Below are positions 13,031 through 24,850 of a stretch of 64,000 bases of DNA, in pieces. Every line of letters begins with the position of its first letter. The stretch's first letter is position 1. Origin of the DNA: Octopus vulgaris (lineage: Eukaryota); contig OX597830.1 in the NCBI GenBank assembly GCA_951406725.2, positions 44,144,001-44,208,000 of the forward strand, written 5' to 3'. The notes beneath the pieces are model-generated. The model saw only the letters and a list, made by a program, of their open reading frames with translations. It ran no database searches and was not told the origin of the DNA. A program made the position numbers and the translations under genes.

Positions 13031-16000
13031 GTCTTTTGCGGCACTCCTTGGTTGATCTCATGGCACCCCAGGGTGTTGCAGCACACCAGTTGGGAACCTG
13101 TGCTCTACAGGGTAAGAGTTATTTTTCATCTGTTCTATCACTTTAACTGCAAAATTAAATTTCATGATTATTCCAGTAATAATGTCAAGGATCTACTAAA
13201 AACTAGAAGTGGCATTTTTTTCTGAAAGTCACGTTGCCTCAATAAACTCGAGATATCACAGCATAGAGTTGTTTCAAACATGATATTTCTTAGCAAAAGA
13301 TAGATTGGTATATAAAATTGTTTACTGCAGTTAAGAATAAAGAAACTGGGTGGATGTATCTGATTTCTGAAGTAAAATAGTTAAAGTACGGAAAACCAGA
13401 GGTAAGCACTATTCTAAAAGATCATTGCAGTTGAGAAAGGATTAACATTGGTGCAATTACTGCCCATTTTTTGCCTGTGAATTGTGCATGTGTTGAAACA
13501 ACTATAATTCAAAGCAAAAGCAAAAATATCCAGACTGAGATAGTAGACTCTGGTTGCATTCTATGTAGGCTTTAGAAGTGAAAGAAAAGATAATTTGATA
13601 TGTATTCTTTAGTATTTATGCAGTGAAACTAATCTCGTGAGCCACATCTGGCATGATACCAAATTCTGAAAGGTATGGTAACATTTTCAGCAGTAGAACA
13701 CATGCAGAGTTCAAGATACTTAACTGGATGCTAATACTAATTATTAACTGTTGGAAAATTTGTTAAACAACTACACTGACATTCTAAGCAAAAAAATCTC
13801 TAACAAACAACTCTAAAAGCATTAATTTCTAAATATAATATTTACAGTCAGTGAATAAATTAAAATAAATTAAATTATATGAAGTGACTTAGGTGGGGAG
13901 GGGGGAGTGATAGAAACAGTAGCAGGTTGGACTAAATCCCTTTTGTCTCAAGTTTCAATCTGTAGAGACCTTGTTTCAGCCTTGCTTTATATAACGTTGA
14001 TTTTGATCAAAATAAGGACCAGTCACATACTGAAGTTTAGTTAGTTACAATCTATTTCTAAACATCTATGGCTTCGTGCTAAGTCCAGAAATTAATGCTG
14101 GTTTCAAATTTTGGCATAAGGTAGGCAGGCATATTCGGGTGAAGGGGCAAGTTGATTACAGTACTCAGCTGGTACTTATTCTACTGACCCTAGAAGGGTG
14201 AAAAGCAAAGTCGACCTTGGTGGAATTTGAACTCAGAATGTAAAGACGGACAAAATACTGCCAAGCATTTTGCCCAGAGTGGTAACTATTCAGCCAGTTC
14301 GCTGTCTTGTTTTAGAAATTAATATTGGTTTCAAATTTTGGCACAAGGCCAGCAATCTTAGAGCAGGTGAGAAGTCAACTACATTGACCCCAGTGCTCAA
14401 ACAGTACTTGTTTTATCGACCCTGAAAGGGACGAAAGGAAGAGTTGGCCTTGGTGGAATTTGGACTCAGAACATAAAGATGGATTCAATGCTTACTAAGC
14501 ATTTTGCCTGGAATTCTAAAGATTCGGCCAGCTTGCTGCCTCAATTCTAGAAATTGCTACAATCGGTAAAGCTAAAAAGTAACTCACTGGAGAAACAAAT
14601 TAAGTTTTCATAATGCTAATTCCTTTCATTTATGCTGTTGATGTTGTTAAGAAAGGCATGAATGTCATCCAGTTTCATTTCTATCCATTATGAGTTTCTA
14701 GATGTGTGCCTAATTATAGGAATCAATAGTAACAATAAGTTTGTCAGATTAATTAATCTGTTCTAAAGGCAGAATAAACTGAACATTTGCAGCAAAAAAA
14801 AACCCAGACCCCACCCCCCAAAAAAAACACAATGAGAACAAATGATATGAGGAAGTGTAAAAGGAGAGTCTTTGATAATGTATGTGCATAAGGTGGCGAG
14901 CTGGCTGAAATGTTAGCATGCTGGGTGAAATGCTTAGTGGTATTTGTCTGTCTTAACATTCTGAGTTCAAATTCTGCCAAGGTCAACTTTGCCTTTCATC
15001 CTTTCATGGTTGATAAATTAAGTACCAGTTGTGTACTGCAGTTGATCTGATCGACTGGCCCCCTCCCAGTTTATTCAAATTAATAAACATCCAATAGAAA
15101 AACAGTAATCTAACTGTGGTGATATTTTTAGCAATTGAAATCATCATTAGATTAGCTTTTGGAATTCAGATTAGATAAATTCAGAGAAAGAAGGACTAGA
15201 TTTCATGTTTATTTCTTTACTGCCCTGAGGGGGTTAAACATAGCGGGAACAATCAAGGACAGACAAAGGGATTAAGTCAATTACATCAACTCCAGTGCAT
15301 AGCTGGTACTTATTTAATCGACCCCGAAAGGACGAAAGGCAAAGTCAACCTCGCGGAATTTGAACTCAGAAAGTAATGGTAGATGAAATACCGCTAAGCA
15401 TTTTGCCTGGTGTGCTAACAATTCTGCAAACAAACATTTCCAAGAAAATATTTCTGACACTAGTATTTCCCAGTGAAAGGTAATAACTGAATAAAAAAAA
15501 ATAAAATAAAGCTTTTATTTTGAAGCAGATGAAATAAAGTTGAAATAGTATTCCAAACGTTAGGCTCTCTCTTCTAAATGAGAAAATACATTAACTTTGA
15601 ACAAGTTACTTTCTTCAAGGCACATGTGTTCCCTGCACAAAGTATTGCAAGTATCTTTGTGTATTACTTGATCTGTTAGAAATAGCAGCCAAGATACCCT
15701 CAAATTATACCTTAACATTTAAAGAAAAAGGAAAAGTATACGTTGTATTATGCAGTCCATGATATTCCAAGAAATGGCTTGGCCACTTCCACTATTAGAA
15801 CATTTTTGATAATTGAGCTTGTCAATAAGGGGTCTCCTGGTGTTAACAAACAACACCAGTTTCTGGGGCAGAGCAGCTGCCACATACACACGAAACCTCT
15901 TTGAAGAGTTGAACACCAGTTACTTTTTTTCTCACCGATCTTTATAGATCCTGGGAATGGCCATTATTGTTTGTTTTTTATTAGACTAAATTTAGGTAAT

Positions 16001-16581
16001 AATATGTCATACAAACCTATCAAACCCATGCATTGAGAAATCTATGTCAGAAGTGATGATGGTTATACAAACATTTTCATTCGTCGTTTATATTAAATTA
16101 CTGTTTATTTTATAAATGAATACATTAGACATTGGAATAATTTCTTACAGAATAAATTTTATTTGAACATTTATTCGAAATGCGAGCGATACCTCTTTCT
16201 TTTTGAGTAGAAATTACACTTTTTCTCTGATGAAAGAATTTGCTGTAATCATAGAAATTCTCGTCTCCCCACGTCATACTAATTATAAATTTACAATCTT
16301 CAATAAATAATTTTTGCCTACGAAGACTATCACTAGTTTACTGGTTATTATTTACAACAATTGGCTACGAGTTGGCAGAATCATTAAGCCCGTCGGACAA
16401 AATACCGCTAAGTATTTTGTTTTTACGTTCTGAGTTCAAATTTCACCGAAGTCGACTTTGTTGTTCATCCTTTCGGGGTCGATAAATTAAGTACCAGTCA
16501 AGCACTTGGGTGGGTGTCTTGACAAGTTCCCTCCCACCAAATTTCAGGCTGTGTGCCTATAGCAGAAAGGATAATTTTTAA

Positions 16582-16925
16582 TTGGCGCAGACGTGGCTAT
16601 GTGGTCATGGTTCTAGGTTCAGTCCCACTGCGTGCCACCTTGGGCGAGTGTCTTCTACTATAGCCTCGGGCCGACCAAAGCCTTGTTAGTGGATTTGGTA
16701 AACAGAAACTGAAAGAAGCCCGTCGTATATATGTGTGTATGTCTTTGTCCCCCCACTCCAACCGATGTTGGTGTGTTTACGTCCCCGTAACTTAGCGGTT
16801 CGGCAAAAGAGGCGGATAGAATAAGTACTAGGCTTACAAAGAATAAGTCCTGAGGTCGATCTGTTCGACTAAAGGCAGTACTCCAGCATGGCCGCAGTCA
16901 AATGACTGAAACACGTAAAAGAAAG
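16582..16925 (+). mobile_element. tRNA-derived SINE family A (also 26180-26570, 47505-47900, 48800-49160, 54040-54510, 60060-60410, 61210-61565 on +; 41460-41820, 42000-42430 on -)
   Basis: Head GGCGCAG...GTGGCT...GGTTCAGTCCC, CACCTTGGGCAAGTGTC, internal TG/TA microsatellite, end CCAGCATGGCCGCAGTCAAATGACTGAAAC; among the most frequent repeats in the window. Confidence 0.85.
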
Positions 16926-18605
16926 AATAATAATTCAATTGGCGAGGTGGCAGAATCATTAGCACGCCGGACAAAGTGCTTAGCGGCATTTCTTCCGGCT
17001 CTTAACGTTCTGAGATCAAATTCCGCCGAGGCTGACTTTGCCTTTCATCCTTTCTGTGTCAATTAAGATAAGTACCAGTTATGCACTGAGGGTTAATGTA
17101 ATCGACTGACACCCTTCCCTTGAAATTGCTGGTTTTGTACCAAAATTCGAAACCATTATTTACAATAATTTATCTTGCATGTTGTAAGCAATACAATGAC
17201 GGAGAGAAAATTGAACTCAAGTCTTACATATTGGTTTTGCAGTGTCTAAATATATATTTTATATCTTTGCTGCTTATTTTAAATTCTATATTTTGTCGAG
17301 TTACTACGTATATCTTTTTGTCTTTTATGAATAAATTACTGAACGAAAGAGAAAATGATTTGAAGAGTTTATTGACAGGAGCTGTTGTGTCAGTGTGTTG
17401 CTATGAAAGAAAACATCCACCTGCTTACTTATTTTCTTTCACTTTTGTCATAATGGGTTAAGTTGTTAAATGTAGGAAATAAAACTCGGTGACATGCACA
17501 TATTTATTTCCCTTACACCAATCTGTAATGTCTCATGATGAATATTTTTAAATGAAGACGAATCGATATTCAATGTCAACATCTAAATTAGAAGCTGACA
17601 CACATTTTGTCATCTATATTTACTGTCCCCACCCCCCAAAAAATCGTTCAGTTTGCATTTCTACTATTTAGTGTAATTCAAGAAATTCCGAGGTCTGCCA
17701 AGCCAAGGAGTAGCAGTGGAGACAAGCTCCTGCTACCTAAAAAAAAAAAATGCTTGTTGTGGTCTGTGTTCTGAACAACGTCTGACAACCAAGTCCGACT
17801 TCTGTCCTTCTCGTGTTATGTGTTTTTACTGACAATGGAAGGAATGAAGGTGGAAGAGAGTCCGGTCCGCGCGCTGTAAAACCAGTGCAGTGGGCGCGTA
17901 GATGAAACTCGTTAATCTAGGAAGGCAGTTCATCTAAGTGAGTGAAAATTGATTATTTCAGACCTCAACCGTTCTCCAGTCATACCCATTCATAGCAAAG
18001 ATTTGGGGAGTAAACCCTGAGGACGAATGCAAAGCTTAAGCTGTGACAACTTCAATAATTGCACTGGTGCCAAGCTGATTTAGTCCTTCTCTTATACATC
18101 ATCGATGATGTAGAGAGAGGCGAGAGTTAATACATAGAGAATTCCGTGTCTTCCGTAACACTTCGTCTGAGAGAGAACACGCCAGCAATCGTATACAATG
18201 GAAACTAGCAGTTTACTCATCACTGAATTCTCCAGACACTTTTTTTCTGCGAGTGCAGTCTCAAACAAGACTTTTCGGGTGTAGATCCTTGGTATCGCGA
18301 AACTAACAGTTACGGAAGAAGAAATAAGGAAATAATTAAAAAAAAAACAGTTTCAAACAAAATCCTTGTCTTTCTGTTTTTAATACTGATAATAATTGCT
18401 AACCAATTAACATGAATGTCAGAAAAAAATAAACACAAAAATAACAAACAAACAAAAAAGACAACACAGCGCAGAGATATACCGAGCGGAATACTGTTTC
18501 TGTTTATATTCTGTTATTCTGTTAAACGTGTTTGGTAAAACCTGAAACTCCGCCCATTCTACTTGATTGACAGATTGAGAAACATTTTAACAAACAAGTC
18601 ACAGC

Positions 18606-18804
18606 ATGGCTGAGAGACGGTACGTCCCGGAGGATGTGGTGGAATATTCTCTTTTCCCATTTGTTTCTGATCATTTAGACGACTTGAAAGCACAAGAATA
18701 TTTGGAAGAACAGAAGGACATATTTTTGGCTCATCTCAGTCCATTATTAGTTGATTATATCTGGCAGAAAGAGCCTTTTAAACTAAAAGCCGTCGTCGGA
18801 GATG
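18606..18804 (+). CDS. ECD: Ecdysoneless homolog (SGT1/ECD family), first coding exon
   Basis: ATG in GCATGG context; encodes MAERRYVPEDVVEYSLFP...LSPLLVDYIWQKEPFKLKAVVGD, matching the ECD N-terminal EDxVxY and YIWQxxPF motifs; ends at donor G|GTGAGT (phase 1). Confidence 0.93.
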
Positions 18805-19692
18805 GTGAGTATGTTCGATAGATCATATAACCTTAAACATTATTTTTCCTTAATTTCTTAAAATCTATCTTAATATTATTATTATTACTGTTATCTTTCC
18901 ATTATTATATATTTAGCTATATGACAAGTCTTTTAATTCATTCATGTTTTCTGTATATGACTTCGTAATTTATTATTTTGTTGTATTATCTCTCGGGGGA
19001 GAGGGGTGCGGTGTTAATATCCTTTCTTTGTCATTATCAAAGGTTTTTTTAATTTTCAATTTAACAATTGACCCTTTAAACCCAACTAGGGGACAGGCAA
19101 GATATTATTCACTGTGATTGGTAATTCTCGAATGACTCTGATTCATCATTTCTAACACTACTTAATGTGACGATTTTTTTCCCCAAATGCATCATTTATT
19201 TGACGCATTCCTTACTCAGCCTCCTCATCACACCAATTTAACAGGAAGAGGTTTCGAATCCTAGCTGGAAAAAAAAATCAAAATCTGTCTTTCCTTATTC
19301 TCAAATTCGTTTATGATTATAATAGCTATTACTTTATCATTTACGTTATTTTTTTTTATTTAGATACATTGTGGGAATTTTTGTGTTTTCATTATGTTGA
19401 TTTAAAAGTAGACCAACAGTAATTCTATTCACACGGAAATATGCGTCAGTCGAAAGTAAAACTATAAATACAAATATCTTAATTTAATACGCAAGAGTTA
19501 TTCTTAAAAACTCGATATATAATATAATATAATATAATATAATATATAATATGATATAACATGATGTAGTGTATATGTTTCTATACGGTGATGGAAAGAT
19601 TGCCGGAAAAATATTTAATACGTTGAATTCAATACAAATAAACAAAGAAAAGGCTAGTTGCTTTGAATAATCACGAAAGTTGGAGTAAACCG

Positions 19693-19726
<34 letters not shown>

Positions 19727-20039
19727 GTTTGTGTGTGTTTGTATATGTATTTGTATATGTTTGTGTGTGTTTGTATATGTATGTGTGTGTTTGTATGTAT
19801 GTGTGTGTTTGTATATGTATGTGTGTGTTTGTATATGTATTTGTATGTGTGTGTTTGTATATGTATGTGTGTTTGTATATGTATGTGTGTTTGTATATGT
19901 ATGCGTGTTTGTATATGTATGCATGTGTTTGTCCATGTGTGTGTATGTGTATGCATGTCTATGTATGTAGGTGTGTATAGATATATATATGCGTGTGTGT
20001 GTGTGTGCGAATGTTCGTGTGTATGTGGGTGTGTGGGTA

Positions 20040-20095
<56 letters not shown>

Positions 20096-21454
20096 GCATA
20101 CATGCATAGTCATTCTATTTTATACTGAAGATGATAAAACTTCATTAACTGCTATATATATATTTATTTATATGTGCATTGGATATATAGAGGCTTGTAT
20201 GGAGAGGGATACTAATGGCTATATCAGTTACCTTGGACCCTTTACTCCAGAGAAAAGCCATAAAACAAAACATTCATGTTGACTATACCTACCAACATTA
20301 CTCTCTTCCAATTGCACCATCAAAACTTTTGTTATCATGGCCTCCAGTAGAGGTACTTGGCATTTTTTGACTACGTTACTTATTCTATGTTTTGTAAGGG
20401 ATCCTACTTGACGCAATTTGGGAAAAGTTATAAGCATTGCATCCTTTGGACTTCTTGTTTTCTATGCAGTAGTTGCCTGTATGAAGTAAACCTGTCGCCC
20501 AGTTGGACAGCAGATTGTTTGATGTTAAGGACACCTTCATGAATGAGAAAGAAACCATGGGACGAGAAAGCCTCGTTGCTGGTGATGTATTGTCCTTGCT
20601 GGAGTTGGGTAAATTTCTTGTGGTTGTTTTGCTCTGTCGGAGCAAAACACTGTAACGTCAGATCCCTTGATCTGCATATTTGATAGATTTGTTTTTTTGA
20701 ATTACTGAACTTGATGGGTCTTGTTCAGTAGTCGGTTGTAAGGAACCTGGACCCCTTATGAATCTCCATGTTACCCAACCAAATTTTGTAGTTGGACAAT
20801 GTGCTCTCTTGATGCTCTTCATCTGTAAGAATGATAAGCATCTTCACCCATCTCAGCCTCATTGACAAATGGTCTTCGAAACCATTTGTTGGATTTATTG
20901 CTTTCCATGCAAGGTGATTTCTTGTTGAGAGCACCACTGGAACTATGGACCAACTGGTTTTGAATGATACTAAAGAGCTCTTTCTTTCAACGTGGGTCTG
21001 AAAGCACCTGATGAAATCAATTTGATTTGAAGTTAATCATGTTTCTAAACTAGATCAAAATGTGTGCATGTGGTAAGTCAGCTTTTTCTGTGGCATTATT
21101 GATGGAAACATGATTTGTTGCCAATTTCTGGTAAAGGAAAAATTATATTTGGTCATGATCTTAATTTGAATTCACAAACTTCCTGCTTCAATTAAAGCTA
21201 GTTGTTATGTCATAATCTACTGATTATGACATAATGGTTAACAGTTTTAGTTTTAATCAAGTCTTTTGTTAAAACTGTCACTTAGCTACATATTTGAGAG
21301 GAAGAAAGACTGGAAATTAAGCAGAGAAATGAAAGAGGTGTTCATGTGTGAGAATAACAGAAAAATTTCAAAGTTTCAAGGATGTAAACAAACTAACACC
21401 AGTTGTCAAGCGATAGTGGTTGGAAACACAGACAACCGTCTACACACACACACA

Positions 21455-21490
<36 letters not shown>

Positions 21491-21956
21491 ATGAGCTTTG
21501 GCAGAGTTTCCTGCTACCAGATTCACTCACAAGGCCTTGGTTGGCCCACAGCTATAGTAGAAGACATTTGCCTAAGGTGCAGCACAGTGGGCCCAAACCC
21601 CTAACTCTGTGATTGCAAAAGTCATGCTCACAGCCATGCTTATGAGAAGAATTTGTTCCAAAACCGTAAGCAAATCTGGAGACCTACACCTGAAACATTC
21701 CTCTAAATATTTATTAAACGTGAATTATCAGTAAAAAATATATACATACAATAAAAACAACTAGATAATAATACAATAAGACAGTAAAGAACAAGAGTAA
21801 ATAAGCAGGAAAATACTGATGATGATGATGATGAAATATTTACAGAATGCTTCAAAAAAACCTTTCTCCCAAGAAGATATAAAACCATGCAGATATTAGA
21901 ATTAGCATTTAAAAACTTTAGAGGTATTATCACATGATCAATAATATAAATAGTCA

Positions 21957-22157
21957 TTCTTCTCATTAAATAAAGTCATCCTACAAGCCATCACTCATCC
22001 TTAAGGCTGATTAGATGGCCCTTGTCATTCAAATCATCATCATCATCATTTAAGCGGACGTTAAATGATGATGATGATGATTTGAATGACAAGGGCCATC
22101 TAATCAGCCTTAAGGATGAGTGATGGCTTGTAGGATGACTTTATTTAATGAGAAGAA
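21957..22157. repeat. Perfect inverted repeat, 97-bp arms with 7-nt spacer, in ECD intron 1
   Basis: 21957-22053 is the reverse complement of 22061-22157; spacer GCGGACG. Confidence 0.95.
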
Positions 22158-23856
22158 GAGTTGCACTCCCTCAGTCCCACTCTTTTGTGTCATGACCGTT
22201 CTCAATCCAGTACCGAGACCAGGTCAAGTTGACTGGGGATGGAGATGGATGCAATGGAGCACCATGGTGTCTTACTTGCCGCATCTATCTGCATTCCTCA
22301 GTGCATTGTTGCAGCTGCTTTCTGCTGTTTTGATCATGGAGGTTTTCTTCCGCAGAGTTCACTGGATCCACTCCTCAAATGCAATCCCTAATATGCTAAC
22401 TAACCTACAAGCTCTGACTGTAACTGGTGCTACTAGTCCAGGTCAGGGTAGACCTGGGGATTTGGTGGTTAAGAGCTGGTTCCACACTCCTCAAAACCCT
22501 GAAATACCTGAATCATGCCCCCACTGCTGGTTGCATAAACAATATTCTTTTATCCTTTTATTTATTTCAGTCATTTGACTGCAGCCATGCTGGAGCACCA
22601 CCTTTAGTCTAACAAATTGACCCCAAAACTTATTCTTTGTAAGCCTAGTACTTATTCTATCAGTCTCTTTTGCTGAACCACTAAGGGACTTAAACATACC
22701 AGCATCGGTTGTCAAGCGATGTTGGGAGGACACACACACACACACACATACTTACATGACAGGCTTTTTTTAGTCTTCGCCTACCAAATCCAAGCTACTT
22801 ACCACACACCCACTCCTGCGCCTATGTTAAATATAAAATGGAATTGATTAAAAAAAAAGACTCATTTTAATTAATGGTTATGAGATATTGCTTTTTTCAT
22901 TTTCATCATCATCATCGTTGTCGTTTAAAGTTCGCTTTCTGTGCTTGCATGGGTTAGACAGTTTGACTGAGAACTGGCAGGCTGGGAGGTTGCACCAGGC
23001 TCCAATCTGATTTGGCAAGGTTTCTACAGTTAGATGTCCTTCCTATCGCCAACCACTCCGAGAATGTAGTTGGTGCTTTTTATATGCCACCTGCATGGGT
23101 GCCAGTCAGGTGGCACTGGTATCGACCACCCTCAAATGGTGCTATTTACATGACGCCAGCACAGGTGCCAGTCAAATGGCACTGGTATCGGCCATGCTCG
23201 AATGGTGCTTTTTATATGCCACCAGCATAGGAGCAATTCAGATGGCATTGGCATCGACCACACTCAAATAGTGCTTTTTACGTGCCACCAACATGGGAGC
23301 CAACCATGCTTGAATAGTGCTTTTTATGTGCCACCGGCATGGGTGCCAGTTAGGCAGCACTGAGAATATCCTTAAATAGTTCAAAATAATTTTCAGCCTT
23401 TGTGCAATATATTCAGACTTGTCTACATAATTAAATTTAACCCTTTACCATTTAAATTGGCCATGGTTAGTCCACATTATTCCATAAAGAGCGTAAGGTC
23501 AGTTTCCTGGTTTTTCTGGCATATATATTCCTCTGTTGATGGGATGCTGGTCCATTGCACAATTACCTGCTGAGACCAAAATATCCTTTCTCTTTTATGT
23601 TCAATCTGGTGAGATCCAGCCTTTCACACCTACCCTACAATGTCATTCTTGAAATGAACAATCACATCATTGAAATCTCAAAGCTATGAGATAATGCAGA
23701 ATTAATTCCAAACAATGTAAATAAATAAACATTGCATTTGACAGAATGACCTGAATGCTATAGAGTCAAAGAAATAAAAAGTATATTAAAAATTTAAAGA
23801 ATGAAAAATAAATTAGCAATTGAAAAAAAAAAACACAGTTTCTCTCTTGAGTTAGT

Positions 23857-24370
23857 TGCCACATGAAAAGCATCCATGCTGGTGCCACATGAAAAGCACC
23901 CATGCTGGTGCCACATGAAAAGCACCCATGCTGGTGTTGCATAAAAAGCACCCATGCTGGTGCCACATAAAAAGCACCCATGCTGGTTTCACATAAAAAG
24001 CACCCATGCTGGTTTCACATAAAAAGCACCCATGCTGGTTTCACATAAAAAGCACCCATGCTGGTTTCACATAAAAAGCACCCATGCTGGTTTCACATAA
24101 AAAGCACCCATGCTGGTTTCACATAAAAAGCACCCATGCTGGTGCCACATAAAAAGCACCCATGCTGGTTTCACATAAAAAGCACCCATGCTGGTTTCAC
24201 ATAAAAGCACCCATGCTGGTGCCACATAAAAAGCACCCATGCTGGTTTCACATAAAAAGCACCCATGCTGGTTTCACATAAAAAGCACCCATGCTGGTTT
24301 CACATAAAAAGCACCCATGCTGGTGCCACATAAAAAGCACCCATACTGATTTCACATAAAAAGCACTCAG
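23857..24370 (+). repeat. Minisatellite, ~26-bp unit, about 20 copies
   Basis: Unit ATAAAAAGCACCCATGCTGGT(TT/GC)CAC; runs directly into a SINE-C 3' end (24380-24530). Confidence 0.95.
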
Positions 24371-24669
24371 TGCTGTCTTTAAAAGTGGTTGGCATGAGGA
24401 AGGGCTTTCACCTGTAGAAACAATATCAAAACAGACTATTGGAACCTGGTGCAGCTCTCTGGCTTACCAGCCCCTGTCAAACTGTGCAACCCATACCAGC
24501 ATGAAAGATGGACCTTTAATGATGATGATGGAGAGCAGGGTGGTGGAGGAGAAGGAAATAATTGTCGCTTCCAAATTTTTAGAACTGATTTCTTAAGCAG
24601 GAAGATCGTCTGAATTATCTGAAGAAAAAACAGTAGAAGTAATAAGTTCTTGGATGACTTTTTAAAAGA

Positions 24670-24850
24670 AATTATCCGGACATGCAGCTTGGGTTTCAGA
24701 GATCCAAAGCTATTTAACATTCTGTCAAAATAGCCTCAGAGATTTGCGAGGTGTAGGTGTGGAAGTCTTCAAAGAATGTTTGGACAAATTTTTATCTGAA
24801 ATACCAGATGAACCCATATCATGGCAAGAGGCACACAAAAGAGTAGCTCC
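24670..24850 (+). mobile_element. LINE (CR1/L2-like) ORF2 C-terminal fragment
   Basis: Broken frame GFRDPKLFNIL...LRDLRGVGVEVFKECLDKFLSEIPDEP, typical of the CR1/L2-group ORF2 end. Confidence 0.6.

Noticed and set aside
19484-20128. Long ORFs up to 209 aa of H/T/Y/I or C/V/M
   Set aside because: Translations of TG/TA microsatellite; the same applies to ORFs at 29.2, 55.9, 57.3 and 58.0 kb.
20230-21000. Coding-like block, possibly a decayed retroelement pol fragment
   Set aside because: Short broken frames and no motif I can identify with confidence.
23857-24370. CRISPR-like regular array
   Set aside because: Head-to-tail units with no unique spacers, no cas genes, eukaryotic context.
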